DNA from: Octopus vulgaris | Taxonomy: Eukaryota | Length of the DNA: 64,000 nucleotides | NCBI GenBank assembly: GCA_951406725.2 | Contig: OX597825.1 | Coordinates: 77,438,001 to 77,502,000 of the forward strand | Reading direction: 5' to 3' | Shown: positions 45,500-59,589 of the stretch, one piece after another | Numbering within the stretch: position 1 is the stretch's first letter | How the letters are laid out: each line of letters begins with the position of its first letter | The notes under the pieces: generated by a model | Databases searched by the model: none | Seen by the model: the letters and a program-made list of their open reading frames with translations, nothing else | What the model was told of the DNA's origin: nothing | Made by a program: the position numbers and the translations under genes

Positions 45500-45503
<4 letters not shown>
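44986..45503. mobile_element. Penelope-like fragment with direct plus inverted terminal repeats
   Basis: 44986-45030 repeated directly at 45342-45386; 45300-45386 inverted at 45417-45503 (one mismatch); the loop is the reverse complement of 45031-45060. Confidence 0.7.
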
Positions 45504-45540
<37 letters not shown>

Positions 45541-45544
<4 letters not shown>

Positions 45545-45815
45545 TTAGAGACAAAACCACTATTTTGCAAATCAAACAAAGAAAGACTTAATCCAATACA
45601 TAAAAAAATTTAATATAAGTTAAATAAAATTAAAATTAAATTTTATTTAACTGATATTAAATTTTTTTATGTATTGAATTAAGTCTTTCTTTGTTTGATT
45701 TGCAAAACAGTGGTTTTGTCTCTAATTAATATTATATAATATTTTACTATAAAATTGGATTCAATCCTAAATCTGATTTTTCCCTGTAAATTTGGATTTA
45801 TTCCCTAATATTTAT
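45541..45815. mobile_element. (TA)n-flanked element with ~90-bp inverted repeat (same family as 60268-60489)
   Basis: Arms 45541-45631 and 45639-45729; the remainder matches 60268-60345 in reverse orientation. Confidence 0.7.
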
Positions 45816-45884
<69 letters not shown>

Positions 45885-46241
45885 GAGAGACAGAAATGGA
45901 GAGAAAGATACATACATACACACATGCAAACATAAACACACAAATGCATATGACATGTATATGCATTTCTATATGCATTTGTATGGGGGATCGACTGATT
46001 AACCAATTGATTGATTCTGATACATTTTAATGGCTGGATTCAAACATTACAATATACGAATGATTGTAAGCGGAATGCGACAAGAAACAGACGAAGACCA
46101 GGTTTCATGGATCTTCGCCATTTCTTTAAATCGACGAGGAACAGAATACAAATAATACAAATATCTGTGTGAGGGTAACACACTACGTGCATATGCGTAT
46201 ACGTTTGTATGCATATAGATATATATGTGTGTTTGTGTATT

Positions 46242-46280
<39 letters not shown>

Positions 46281-46306
46281 GTGTATATGTAAATATGTAT
46301 AGATAT

Positions 46307-46480
46307 TCTTTTCTTCTCTAGGCACAAGGCCAGAAATTTTGGTGCGAGGGAGCCAGTCGATTAAATCGACTCCAGCAAGCAACTGCTACTAAATTTGTCG
46401 ACCCCGAAAAGATAAAAGGCAAAGTCGACCTCAGCGGAATTTGAACTCAGAACGTAAAGACAAAGGAAATATCGCTAATA
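46307..46480 (-). mobile_element. Family-A SINE, 5' truncated
   Basis: Reverse-complement A tail and body. Confidence 0.8.
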
Positions 46481-47087
46481 TACGTATATGTAAAAATATA
46501 TATATATATGTAAATATATATGTGTATAAATATATATACATGTATACATACACAACTATATATAATATATAATATATACATAAATATTTCTGTATATATA
46601 TTTATGTGTGTATATGTGTATGTGTATGTATGTATATGTGTATATACATATGTGTGTGTGTGTCTATTCATATGCACATATATTTACATTATGTATATCC
46701 CTGTATGCATATGAGTTTATATTCCAACATTTGGGGTTTTGTGAGTGTATGTATATTATGTATATATCACCACGCCCCCCATCTTACAAAACATACAAAC
46801 TGTAACAGCAATGACAACAACAACACCGACACCAACACCAACAGCATCAGGGCTCTAATATTATTCCACAGAAAACATCTATAAAGTCGATTAGTATGCA
46901 ATTAGTTCCATTCACAGAATGTTACATGGAACTTTTACTAAAAGTCAGAAGGAAATAATTAAGATTCAATTCAATATGGACGCACATTGTGAGAAACAAC
47001 TTTATTGAATCTATTTTAAGTCATTCGATTTTATCCCCTCTTCTTAGAGATTGGGTTACAGCAGAAGGGAAGTGAGGATACATACGG

Positions 47088-47105
47088 ACTTCCGGAACTT
47101 CCGGA
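47088..47105 (-). promoter_or_regulatory. Tandem ETS-type motifs (CCGGAAGT x2)
   Basis: ACTTCCGGA-ACTTCCGGA in non-repetitive sequence; motif match only. Confidence 0.25.
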
Positions 47106-47288
47106 ATAGTTTTAGTAAATTCAATAATTTTTTTCTTCAGCGGAACTGTTGGGGTAACCTGTTTAAAATGTTGGATATTTTCTTAGTCAGGTCTTTGGTT
47201 ATATGCGTCTTTACCATTTCTTTCCGGCAGTCTCCTGCTTCATTGTTTGTCTGTCTATCTGACAGTCCACTCCTCTTTCTCTCTCTCC

Positions 47289-47362
<74 letters not shown>

Positions 47363-47951
47363 CTCTCTTTATCTATCTATCTATCTATCTCTCTTTCCTC
47401 AACTTTCTCTCTCCCACAATTCTTTTCCTTTCACAACGTGTGTATCGATATGTGTGCGTGTAAAAATACAAGATCGTACATGCATATTATGTATGTTTCA
47501 ATGTATATATAAGCACATACACACAACATATATATATATACATACACGCACATATGTAGTTGGCTTTGATCAACATGCCGCTATATATCTTTGTATGTGT
47601 ATAACTCTCTCTCCTTTCTCTCTTCTAATCTTTCCCTCTTTATATGTGTGTGTCTGTGTGTATGTACGTGTATGTCTGAGTGTGTGTGTGTGTGCTTATG
47701 TGTGTACGTGAGTTGCTAATATAACTGTAATTCTTAGTAACGACAGACATATATTTCTTCGTTTTATACAATGCAAGCATTATTAGTTCAAAACAGTATT
47801 CTATATATACTACTTAAGGCATATATACAGGTGAAAGCCAAGAAACTGCAATATTCGTTGCGAGAAAATATCTTGAATGGACACATTATGTTTAAAAGCA
47901 AACAAGAAATGTATCAACAACTGATGTGAATTGTCTAACACACTACTGGAG

Positions 47952-47997
47952 TTGCTAAATACGTATTTCACCCTTTTCTGAACGTCATCAGTAGCAA
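47952..47997 (-). ncRNA. Decayed minimal type I hammerhead ribozyme
   Basis: Minus RNA UUGCUA-CUGAUGA-cguucagaaaagggu-GAA-AUACGUAU-U-UAGCAA: perfect 6-bp stem I, both core boxes, palindromic stem III; stem II pairs poorly. Confidence 0.6.
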
Positions 47998-48128
47998 ACA
48001 TCTTATAATACTAAATGCTAGGACAAACTTGGTCCTCCCAATATAGAAAAAGTGTGAGTACAGAAACACCACAGTGGTAATTAGTCGACAGGCTAGATAG
48101 ATTTTTTCATTAACCACTCAAGCCGTCT

Positions 48129-48434
48129 GTGGAGGCACATGGCCTAGTGGTTAGAGCAGCGGACTCGCGGTCGAGGGATCGTGGGTTCGAATCTCAGACC
48201 GGGCGATGTGTGTGTTTATGAGCGAAACACCTAAGCTCCACGCGGCTCCGGCAGGAGGTAATGGCGAACTTCTGCTGACTCTCTTGCCACAACTTTCTCT
48301 CACTCTTTCCTCTTGCATCTAGCAGCTCACCTGCGACGGGCCGGCGTCCCGTCCAGGTGGGGAACTTATACGCCAAGGAAACCGGGAAACCGGCCCTAAT
48401 GAGCCAGGCGTGGCTCGAGAAGGAAAAAGAAATT
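48129..48434 (+). mobile_element. tRNA-derived SINE, family D, full length with 9-bp TSD
   Basis: A box TGGCCTAGTGG, B box GGTTCGAATC, A-rich tail; AAGCCGTCT at 48120-48128 and 48435-48443. Confidence 0.9.
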
Positions 48435-48691
48435 AAGCCGTCTAAGTTCAACTTAGCATTCTGTATATCATATTCTATGTTGTCTTCTAGAATATATTTA
48501 AATCTATTTCATAGCACCTGAGTATTGTAACCGAAAATCAACATTTCTATGCTTATTGTTTAGAAAGAAGCTTCCGCTTGGTCACTAGTCATACTAGAAA
48601 TAGCAGCTTTCTTCCTTCCAGTATCGTGAAAAAGGAAAGGACTCGGCTGCTTATATACTCCGACCCACACTATCTACTTAGGCAAAAGGAA

Positions 48692-49240
48692 GACTATAAG
48701 TATCTCGGAGCTATATTCGCAATAGGAGCAAGCAGGAAGCTGAATTAGGTGTAAGAATTACAGGTGATCGTGCTATAATACGCCATATCCAGTAATCGAC
48801 CCTCACAAGAGTAGTATAAAAGCCTAATTCGTTAATTTCTATTCGGTTTTTGTGCTTTTCCTTACCTATGATCATAATTGTTGGATAATGACCGAAAGAG
48901 TACAATCGCAATTAAAAGTAGCCGAAATGGAATTCGCCCGAAGGATCGCTGGCGTAACGTTACTTGATAGGGTACGTAGCTCATAGGTGAGAGACTGTCC
49001 CCTAATCGACAGATGCTACTTTGCGTTAAGATATCACAGCTCCGGCAATACTGACGTATGATTAGAATGTCGCAGAAAAGAATTGGAGAAGAATCCTTCA
49101 AGCAGAGCCAATCGGCGAAAGACCCTTCGGTGGGCAAAGGACGAGTTGGTTGGGTATTAACCATAGCTTTTGTTGGTCAGACACGGGAATCCAGCCGGAA
49201 AATCTGATGAAAGTGGCTTCTTATAGGAGCTTTTTTGCGG
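48692..49240 (+). mobile_element. RTE-clade LINE fragment (end of RT to C-terminus), decayed
   Basis: YKYLGAIF..., MTERVQSQLKVAEMEFARRIAGVTLLDRVRSS, RILQAEPIGERPFGGQRTSW. Confidence 0.8.
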
Positions 49241-50424
49241 AGGGGTAAAAGTGGTAACAAGAACAGGACAGTAAGGACAAAAGAGGACAGTAAAAACAGT
49301 AAAAGTAAAAACAGTGAAAGACAGGACAAGGAGAATAACACAGTAAAAACAAACGATGAGGGCTGTTAAGCCAAGACAATGGAAAAATTATTTTGAACGC
49401 ATTAGGGAGACAGCTTATGAGAGGGACAGGATAAACGGTCTTGTCTCGGTGAAGATAGCAGTTCGAAAGATGGCTTCCCTCTGGTCACGTGTCAGTGACG
49501 AGAGAGTCGAGGAGGAGGAGATAGAGTAAGAGAGAGGGAACGGTGAAGGGGAGAGAAGAATAGGGAAGAGTGGGAGAGAAAACCAGAAACGATGAAGAAC
49601 AAGAGAGGGAGGAAGTTAGACAGAGGGGAAATAGTAAAAGTTGAAGAGTGGCATATATGCACACAACCATTCGTTAGCTTATTTGCATAAGATTATATAA
49701 CACTACGACCTGTAGAAAATTTTCAGTTTCTGTAATGATTCTATAACAAAAAAGAAATAATGACACAAGAGAAAATGATTTATCTGTCTTACATTAGACA
49801 TTTCTTTATTTCATTTAGAATCAACATTAACAGGGTTAGTATAATTCTTGTAAAACTGCGTTTCAGAATTGGCTAATTGAAGCTGCTTGACGCAGTACTG
49901 TGTTATATAGAAGATTAAGAGTTAAACTGTGTAATATATTTAAGCCCGCTACCATAGACCGACAATACCCACCCAGTTCACCTTATTCTCCTGTCTGCGA
50001 GTATAACATAATACCCACAAGAGTCGATTTGCCAGTTAATCTGTCATTCCCTGACATCCTTGAGAAGTGTATAACAACGTATCTGTAAGCCATATGTGTT
50101 TTGCTTCATTACGTATTTTGCTGTTATTTTCGGTTTTATTTAACAATGTTCAGCTCTTTTGCTGATGTGTCTTATGTACGAGTTCTTTGCCATGTTTTAG
50201 ATCGAGGCGGCGTTTGTGTACAATGTGTAACAGTTACAATAGTAAATTGTTTCTTTGCACACTTGAGCCTCAAGTGGTTTTTTTGCTGAAATATTCACGT
50301 CTAATTAAGAAGCCAATATCATTCGCACACTAAAAAATAAAATAACATCATTGTGTAGTAGTTATTATTATTATTAGTAGTAGTATTAGTATTGTCGTTG
50401 TTGTTGTTGTTGTTGCTGTTAAGT

Positions 50425-50647
50425 AAAACGGCGAGCAGGAACAATCGTTAGCGCGCCGGGTGAAATGCTTAGCCGTATTTTGTCTGCCGCTACGTTCTCA
50501 ATTCAAATTCCACGGAGGTCGACTTTGCCTTTCATCCTTTCGGGGGCTGGATAGAAATAAGTACCAGTTACGCACTGGGGGTTCGATGTAATCGACTTAT
50601 CTCCTTCCCCAAACGTTTCAGGCCTTGTGCCTATAGCAGAAAGGATT

Positions 50648-50683
<36 letters not shown>

Positions 50684-50696
50684 GTCGTCATCGTCA

Positions 50697-50770
<74 letters not shown>

Positions 50771-50979
50771 TTTATTAAGGCGACGAGCTGGCAGAACTGT
50801 TAGCACGCCGGTTGTATTTCGTGTGTCGTTACGTTCTGAGTTCAAATTCCGCCGTGGTCGACTTTACCTTTCATCCTTTCGGGGTTCGATAAATTAAGTA
50901 CCAGCTGCGTACTAGTGGCCGATGTAATTGACTAGTCCTCCTCCTCCAAATTTCAGGCCTTGTGACTACAGCAGAAAGG

Positions 50980-51075
<96 letters not shown>
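50425..51075 (+). mobile_element. Two family-A SINEs, each followed by trinucleotide tracts
   Basis: Copies at about 50425-50648 and 50776-50983 end in GAAAGGATTAT and run into (ATC)n/(ATT)n/(AGT)n. Confidence 0.85.
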
Positions 51076-51076
<1 letters not shown>

Positions 51077-51201
51077 ACATATCTTGTTTGCTCTGCTGTG
51101 TACATGGTTATTCGCTTCCTATTTGCTACTCCATAGTAAAGTCAGTGGCATTCCATTCCCGGGGTTGCGTTAGGTTGTTATGTAAGGAACCCGTTGGATT
51201 C

Positions 51202-51236
<35 letters not shown>

Positions 51237-51291
51237 GACTATCAGCATTGTTTAACAAATATTACAAGTGTATGCATATGGAAATACTTGT

Positions 51292-51331
<40 letters not shown>

Positions 51332-51465
51332 TGTATGTGTGTAGATATACATACATATATATGCGTGTGTGTATGTATATATATATATATATATATACAT
51401 ACGCATATATATGTATTTGTATATACATATCTATATATATGTGTGTGTGTGTGTTGCTGTGTATA

Positions 51466-51501
<36 letters not shown>

Positions 51502-51979
51502 TTCTTGTATATGTGTGTGTGTATAATACAAACATGTATGTATGCATGTACGCTTAAATACACACAAAAGGAAAGAAAAGGCGAGAGAAAGAGAGACAAT
51601 GACAGAGACAAAGAGAGAGAGGAAGCACAAAGCGACAGAGAGAGAGAGAGAGAGAGGAAGAACGAGGTGAGAAATAAAGAGCCCTCTTCACACAAAACAA
51701 GCTTTTCCTTCGTTGACTTGATAGTGCACCTGTTGATATGCAATAAAACTGTCAGGTCGGTAGCGTTCATGACTTTCTCCAGAATCGCAATAATAGCAAC
51801 CGCGGTCCTTAATAGCATTTTCTTGTCCGTTGTTATGTTGTTTTTAGCTTTTTACAAACACGCAGAGAGAGGATAATGTAAAGTTGGTCTCTTGTGAACT
51901 GTATGCAAATTTGAATTTAAAAGATGAAGCTTACATAACAGCGTACAACAACATGCACTTGTATATACGTATTTGCATA

Positions 51980-52052
<73 letters not shown>

Positions 52053-52053
52053 G

Positions 52054-52116
<63 letters not shown>

Positions 52117-52270
52117 CTCCGCACACACACATATATATATATCCGTCTATCTATCTATCTAGCTGTAATATGTAGATACCTCCCCACATATGTTTATGTA
52201 TGTATGTAGTATATGTGTATGTATATATATATATGTGTGTGTGTGTGTGTGCATGCGAATATATGATATG

Positions 52271-52301
<31 letters not shown>

Positions 52302-52581
52302 TATATAGAGAGAATACATATATATATATATAGAGAGAGAGAGAAAGGGAGAGACATACATAGATAGATCGAAAGACAATAGAAAAAGGAGAAGTATGCA
52401 TGTTTCTATGTATATATATGTAAGCGTGTGCATTGGTATATATGATATATATATATATATATATATATTTCTGTATATATATTTATATATTTACATACAT
52501 ATATATAGGCATAGAGAGAGAGTGGGAGGGAGAGACTCAAATACATAGAGAGAAAGAGAAAGGGATAGATCGAAAGACAAT

Positions 52582-52678
52582 AGAAGAAGAAGAAGAAGAA
52601 GAAGAAGAAGAAGAAGAAGAAGAAGAAGAAGAAGAAGAAGAAGAAGAAGAAGAAGAAGAAGAAGAAGAAGAAGAAGAA
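52582..52678. repeat. (GAA)n microsatellite
   Basis: Pure trinucleotide run. Confidence 0.95.
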
Positions 52679-52750
52679 TGACAGGTTAATTCAAAAGGGT
52701 GTTCTTATAGAGAGCAATTAGACAAAAAATGTTAATTATAAGAAAATTAA

Positions 52751-52812
<62 letters not shown>

Positions 52813-53164
52813 ATAAGCATGTGTGTGTGCCTGTGTGCGAATGCCAAAAGAGAGAATGTTAAGCATCAAGTTCGCTTTGCTGTGTTCTTCAAAGCGAGTT
52901 AAGCGTAACTCTTGTTACTCTCAAGTACCTTTTTGGCAGACAGGTGCTCTAATAAATTTTGCAAATTCCTCGTTTTAGTCAGAGAGTGTTTTAAGTGCTA
53001 AGAAGTTATGGCGTTGGGGCTTCACGCTGAGATAGGGCTTCCATTTATGCACACAGAATTGGCCCAGAACGGTGGCGGTTTTCATAGGAGTCTTGTACAA
53101 TTTAAAATCTATTATGCTTCTAATGAGGTTTGCTTACAAAATCTTTATATGTATGTATATATAC

Positions 53165-53264
<100 letters not shown>

Positions 53265-54090
53265 TGCTGTTCCATTTAGGTAGTTTCAACCAATAAAGTG
53301 CGCCATCCAGTGAGAGATATCATTAAATATACGCAGTATAAAGTTACAAGTTACTTGTAGTTCCTTGCCTTGGAGACGCGAGTCTATGCAGGTTTTTATA
53401 ACACTCCTCGTTCCAGCAAGCAGTCTGTGGCCTCTGAGCACATGGCGTGTCTAATTTGCAAATTAAGACGCTGATATAAGGGAGGTCAGGAGAAAAAGAA
53501 ACGAGGTAAATACACACACACACACACACATACACACACACATACAAACACACACACACTTACACATGTACACACGAACAAACACATACACATAGTCTAT
53601 CACGCTGAATTTGCCTGAAATTAACTTTTACAATATACATGACTTAGGAATACTCAGCCAGTTATACGTTAATTCAACAAATGAATCCTCTGTACTAAAC
53701 GACAGAGATCCGTTATAATAAAGGCAGCATGTTTATTTACCTCAGCAGTAATCATTTCGAATCCGTTGTTTGGTATTTCAAGACTTCCTCCCCACCTTGG
53801 TTACCCCATGGTGAGTTTTAATGAGTTCGCTATGCCAACAAGCAAGTAATTATGATTCTAGTTATAGATTATTCTACGCCACTTAACACCCAGCACCATG
53901 TAACTACGCAAAATATGAAGAATATTAATGACGGTTAGTGGGGATTATTCACCAGTAAATATCTTCTATAGAACATCTCGTTAGTGAGAGCAGAAGAGAA
54001 AGCCGCAGAAAGAGCGATGAAAGAGGCGAAGAATTTTCTTCGGGAGTGGTTGAATGCGGTTATGTTTCGCAATTAAAATACGGCTAAAAT

Positions 54091-54718
54091 TCTTTTCTAT
54101 TTAAGCTCAAGGCCCGAAATTTTGGGGGAGAGGACCAGTCGGTTAGATCGGCCCCATTACGCAACAGGTACTTAATTTATCGACCCCAAAATGATGAAAG
54201 GCAAAGACGACCTCGGCAGAATTTGAATTCAGAACGAGAAGACAGACGAAATACCTATTTCTTTATTGCCCACAAGGAGCTAAACACAGAGGGAACAAAC
54301 AAAGACAGACAAGCGGATTAAGTCGATTACACCGACCCAGGTGCGTAAATGGTACTTAATTTATCGACCCCAAAAGGATGAAAGGCAAAGTCGACCTCGG
54401 CGGAATTTGAACTCACAACGTAACGGCACACGAAATACGGCTACGAATTTCGCCCGGCATACTAACGTTTCTGCCAGCTCGCCCCTTACGCAATATAACA
54501 TAATCTTTTCTACTCTAGGCACAAGACCCTAAATTTTGGGGGAGGGGCCAGGTGATTAGATCGACCCCAGTACGCAAATGCTACTTAATTTATCGACCCT
54601 GAAAGGATGAAAGGCAAATTCGACCACAGCAGAATTTGAAGTTAGAACGTAAAGACAGACGAAATACCGCTAAGCATTTCACTCGGCGTGCTAACGTTCC
54701 TGCCAGTTCGCCGCCTTA
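54091..54718 (-). mobile_element. SINE composite (A body + B at junction 54255/54256, then full A) in a TSD-like duplication
   Basis: ATACGGCTAA on both flanks; GAAATACC|TATTTC junction. Confidence 0.85.
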
Positions 54719-55159
54719 ATATACGGCTAATGTTGTGAATGATTGAATACCACAAATCGCTGCCTGCCTTTCGCAGGTGTCATATACTTAAGGTAATTGT
54801 TGATTGTATATAAAACAGTGGCACATTCTGCGTCCCTCCACCTCCATAGAAGTGTCATCATCCTGATTGACATCTCTCATTTTTTATCTTTTACTAGTTT
54901 CAACCATTGGGTTGCGACTTTGCTGGAGCACCGCTTAGAATGGTTACCTCAAACAAATCGACGTTTTCTTCTCTTGTATTTTATTTTGAACAGTGGTGCT
55001 TATTCTGTCGATCTCCTTTGCGGAAACAAACGTATTTTGTTGGACTTGACAATTATTAGAAACCCTTATTCGCGTTCCATATCAATCGATGCATTGCGCA
55101 CATTATTACAATTGGTTTCGCCATGGAGCCCGAAAGAGGTAGCACTATGATTTATAGAC

Positions 55160-55167
55160 CTACACAC

Positions 55168-55198
<31 letters not shown>

Positions 55199-55202
55199 AC
55201 AC

Positions 55203-55235
<33 letters not shown>

Positions 55236-55503
55236 TACACATATGCATTCACACGCTCACACACACACACACAAACATACACATATGCATTCACACACAC
55301 ACAAACATACACATATACATTCACACACACACACGCACACACACACACACAAACATACACATATGCATTCACACACACACAAACATACACATATACATTC
55401 ACACACACACACGCACACACACACACAAACATACACATATGCATTCACACACACACAAACATACACATATACATTCACACACTCACACACACACACACAA
55501 ACA
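55160..55503. repeat. (CA)n-derived higher-order minisatellite
   Basis: AAACATACACATATGCATTCACAC and AAACATACACATATACATTCACAC alternate about three times. Confidence 0.9.
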
Positions 55504-55587
55504 TTTATATACCCATTCACACGTATGTTTATAACTGAGTGCATATAAACCAGCGTCTGTCGATCGACAAATTACTACTTTGTATAG

Positions 55588-55624
<37 letters not shown>

Positions 55625-55935
55625 ACTATATTCTGAAGGTGTTGAAAGGCGGTTAACTGAGGTGTTTCTTTCTCTCCTTTCTTGCCTCCTTCCAGCCTTC
55701 CTTCCCTGCGTCACATCATTTGCAGTGAATCACTCTCTGTATTCTCTCAACCGTGACATTACCTCTACTATATCGAACACCTACTTACATAAGTATATAT
55801 ATATATATGCGTGTATGCATGTTTATATACATGCACACATACATACTAACACACACACACACACACACACTTATATGTGTTTATATATATCTTTGTATGC
55901 ATATATGTATATATGCATATATATATGTATCTATG

Positions 55936-55982
<47 letters not shown>

Positions 55983-56064
55983 GTATATATATATATATAT
56001 ATATAGATAGATCGATAGATAGATAGATAGATAGATACACATACACACACACATATGTATAAAT

Positions 56065-56163
<99 letters not shown>

Positions 56164-56379
56164 AGGAAATCCCTTGTCTTGTTTGATTGGACCACCTTAC
56201 AAGCTTTCTGTCATATGCTTGTGCTATTTCGTAACCAGTGAAGCGTGACACTATAACACTGCACCGCTCTGCACTGGCCATGTCACGTGGTTGTTAACTC
56301 CTACTAATCACAACTTAGACGAGATTATTATCTTTGATCAATATCCGTTTCATTCTTGCCGCTGCCTCTAATTACACAC

Positions 56380-56432
<53 letters not shown>

Positions 56433-56528
56433 TTGTGGTAGTGGTCGTGGGGTTTGTTTATATATATTTTGTTGTTGTTTTGTGTTGGTTACTTTATCGT
56501 TAGTTTGTTTCTTTCAAACTGCCCCGTA

Positions 56529-56551
56529 ACTACTACTACTACTACTACTAC

Positions 56552-56629
<78 letters not shown>

Positions 56630-56724
56630 TAATAATAATAATAATAATAATGATAATAATAATGATAATAATAATAATAATAATAACAATAATAACATTA
56701 ATAATAATAATAATAATACTAATA

Positions 56725-56773
<49 letters not shown>

Positions 56774-56829
56774 TAACAATAATAATAACAATAACAATAA
56801 TAATAATAATAATGATAATAATAATAATG

Positions 56830-56872
<43 letters not shown>

Positions 56873-56873
56873 T
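56529..56873. repeat. (ACT)n/(AAT)n microsatellite
   Basis: Direct repeat. Confidence 0.95.
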
Positions 56874-57119
56874 AGTCATTCTACTAAAAGCACAATGCCT
56901 GGCATTTTTAATGGCTTCCAATTGTAGCAATTTCAAGGAAACGGTCTTAATCGATGCGATGACATCAAGCCAATATTCGACTAATATTTCATATGTTCGA
57001 TCCCGAGTGTTGATCACATCAGGATTTGAAACATGGATATAGAGAGCCGAAGAAATACCAGAATGTATATTTTCCGATTATTTAAGGCTTCTGCTTTTTC
57101 ACTGCTTTGTGAACCTATA

Positions 57120-57298
57120 TAAGGAGGTGCTGAACAATTCCTGGCTTTGAGTAAAAGAGAATACAGGAGGATGAGTTAATTATGCTTTTATCCAATGTAT
57201 TACATTCTCAGATTCACATACTTATTGCAACGGTGCTTCGGTTTTTCTAAGCCCTTTAAAAGGACTCGGAAGTTTTGGAATCCAGGCAGGCCTTTGCG
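57120..57298 (-). mobile_element. Mariner 3'-end fragment
   Basis: KGLEKPKHRCNKYVNLR resembles the mariner C-terminus G..KL..R..KC...G.Y; TIR-like end next to TA; cut off by a family-C SINE (57300-57458). Confidence 0.55.
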
Positions 57299-57896
57299 AT
57301 GGGCTTCTTTCAGTTTCCATCTACCATATCTACTCACAAGGCTCTGGCCGGCTCGAGGCTGTAGTAGATGATACTTGCCCAACTTGCCGGGCAATGGGAC
57401 TGAACCTGGAACCATGTGGTTGGGAAGCAAGCTTCTTACCACACAGTCACACCTGCGCCTACATGTTGCGTATTTACTTTTTAGTCAGCTCAGTCTGGTC
57501 AGACTTAGGGCTTAAGCAACTATATATATACGTACATATACATACATTTACGCACAGACATTTATACTTGCATACGTACATGCATGCACACATACATGTA
57601 CACAGACATGCATTCATATACATTCATGCTTTCTTGCAACCATGCATCGCTAAATACATAGCTACATAAATACATGCGTATATCCATGCATGTATGCATA
57701 CGTATATACATACCTAGAAACACACACATACACTCTTGCGTACATTCAGGCATGCATACATATATGCATACATGCATGCGTATATATACATACATGCATG
57801 CATTCATAGTCATATATATATATAAATACATAAATACATACACGTATACGAATAAATACGTATACACATAAATACAACCATGTATGCAGATATATA

Positions 57897-58744
57897 CGTG
57901 GTCTGATCAATAAGTATCCGGACTGTTGCCATAGTAATGACCCTGAACTCTGTTGTCTATACGCACTAAGTTTTAACGTTTTAGCTCACTTCCGCTGTTT
58001 ACAGCAGTGCTTGGAAGGATGGTGTGTAGAGTGAGATAATCGTAATCACCATGACAGAAAAAGTTGAGCAGAGAATCTGCATCAAAATTTGCCAAAAGCT
58101 TGGCGATACATGCTCAGAAGCCTACGCAAAGTTTTCAAAACGTCTCCATCGTTCTTCAGACAATCAAGAAGATTTTGTGCGATTAAAACCCGAGCCTTTT
58201 TGGTCAGTTGAAAGCTGTTAGGGCACAAACTTAGCAGGCACGCTTCTCATACCCAAATCTTCAGTGATAATGGACTGACCTGAACCGTAACTAATCTACA
58301 CATCTTCTGATAACTCACGGATGCTGATTCGGCGATTCACCCTCACAGATGCACGCACATCTGCGATGTTTTTCCCAGTTATGGGACCAAGATGGTCGAT
58401 AAAATGTCAATATAGACATTTTATCGATCATCTTGGAAACGTCTGAACCACTCGTACACCTGTGTGCAGCACATACCACTCCCCTCCATACACTTTCTGC
58501 AACTTTGCGCAGGCTTCTGAACAGGTATCACCATGAGAACTTTTTTGTCATGGTCAAAGCAACGATCACACGCTACACACCTTTCTTCCAAGCATTGTGG
58601 TAAACAGCGGAAGTGAGCTAAAACTTTAAAACTTAGTGCTCATGCACTGCAAAGTTCAAGGTCAACTTTTCTCAAGCACCTTTACTCTGCATGCTTTAGC
58701 TTCGTTACTATGACAACAATCCGAATATTTATTAATCAGACCTC

Positions 58745-58745
<1 letters not shown>
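57897..58745. mobile_element. Fold-back mariner derivative made of two convergent 5' ends
   Basis: TA-CGTGGTCTGATCAATAAGTATCCGG...CCGAATATTTATTAATCAGACCTCG-TA; plus MTEKVEQRICIKICQKLG from 58051; minus KVYG..QVYEWFRRF..RRISIRELSED..EDLGMRSVPAKFVP. Confidence 0.9.
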
Positions 58746-58799
<54 letters not shown>

Positions 58800-58984
58800 C
58801 ATATAGATAGATAGATAGATAGATACACAAACACAAAATACACATTCGCCCATAACATATACACACGTACATACATAAGCACACATATATGCATGCATTT
58901 ATAGATACATACATGCATATAAACACACATACATACGTACGTACATGCATGCATACATACATACATGCATGCATGCATATATAC

Positions 58985-59034
<50 letters not shown>

Positions 59035-59239
59035 ACATGCACACATGCATAGGTATACAGAGAGCAAAGGATATTTCCACGTGAGTATTTGCAAACTGTG
59101 AATAGGAGTCTCGCTTTATTTTCAGTTCACGGCTGAATTGTTTTCTGAATTTGTGACATGGAAACCATTACAGATTCCAATAAGACAGAAATTCTTCGTT
59201 TGAATTAGATTGAAGTCCAAGCTTATGATTGCACGCTGC

Positions 59240-59438
59240 TATTCAAGAATGGGACAATGGTGAGAGAGGGGGTGGGGGAAAATTGAGAGAGAGAGAAGGG
59301 GAAGGGCAGTGAGACAGAAACAGAGAGGGAGACAGATAAAAAGAGATTAAAGTTAGTGAGAGAATGAAAGAGAAAGAGAGAAGGATGCTGAGAGATTGAT
59401 ATATGGACGTTGGAGAGATAAATAGATAGGGTAAATGA

Positions 59439-59537
<99 letters not shown>

Positions 59538-59541
59538 TAGT

Positions 59542-59589
<48 letters not shown>

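Noticed and set aside
48129-48205. tRNA gene
   Set aside because: A/B boxes are present but continue into a SINE body with a TSD and a second copy; no closed acceptor stem or terminator.
55594-55623. Poly(A) run as a retrocopy tail
   Set aside because: No upstream AATAAA, TSD or recognisable body.
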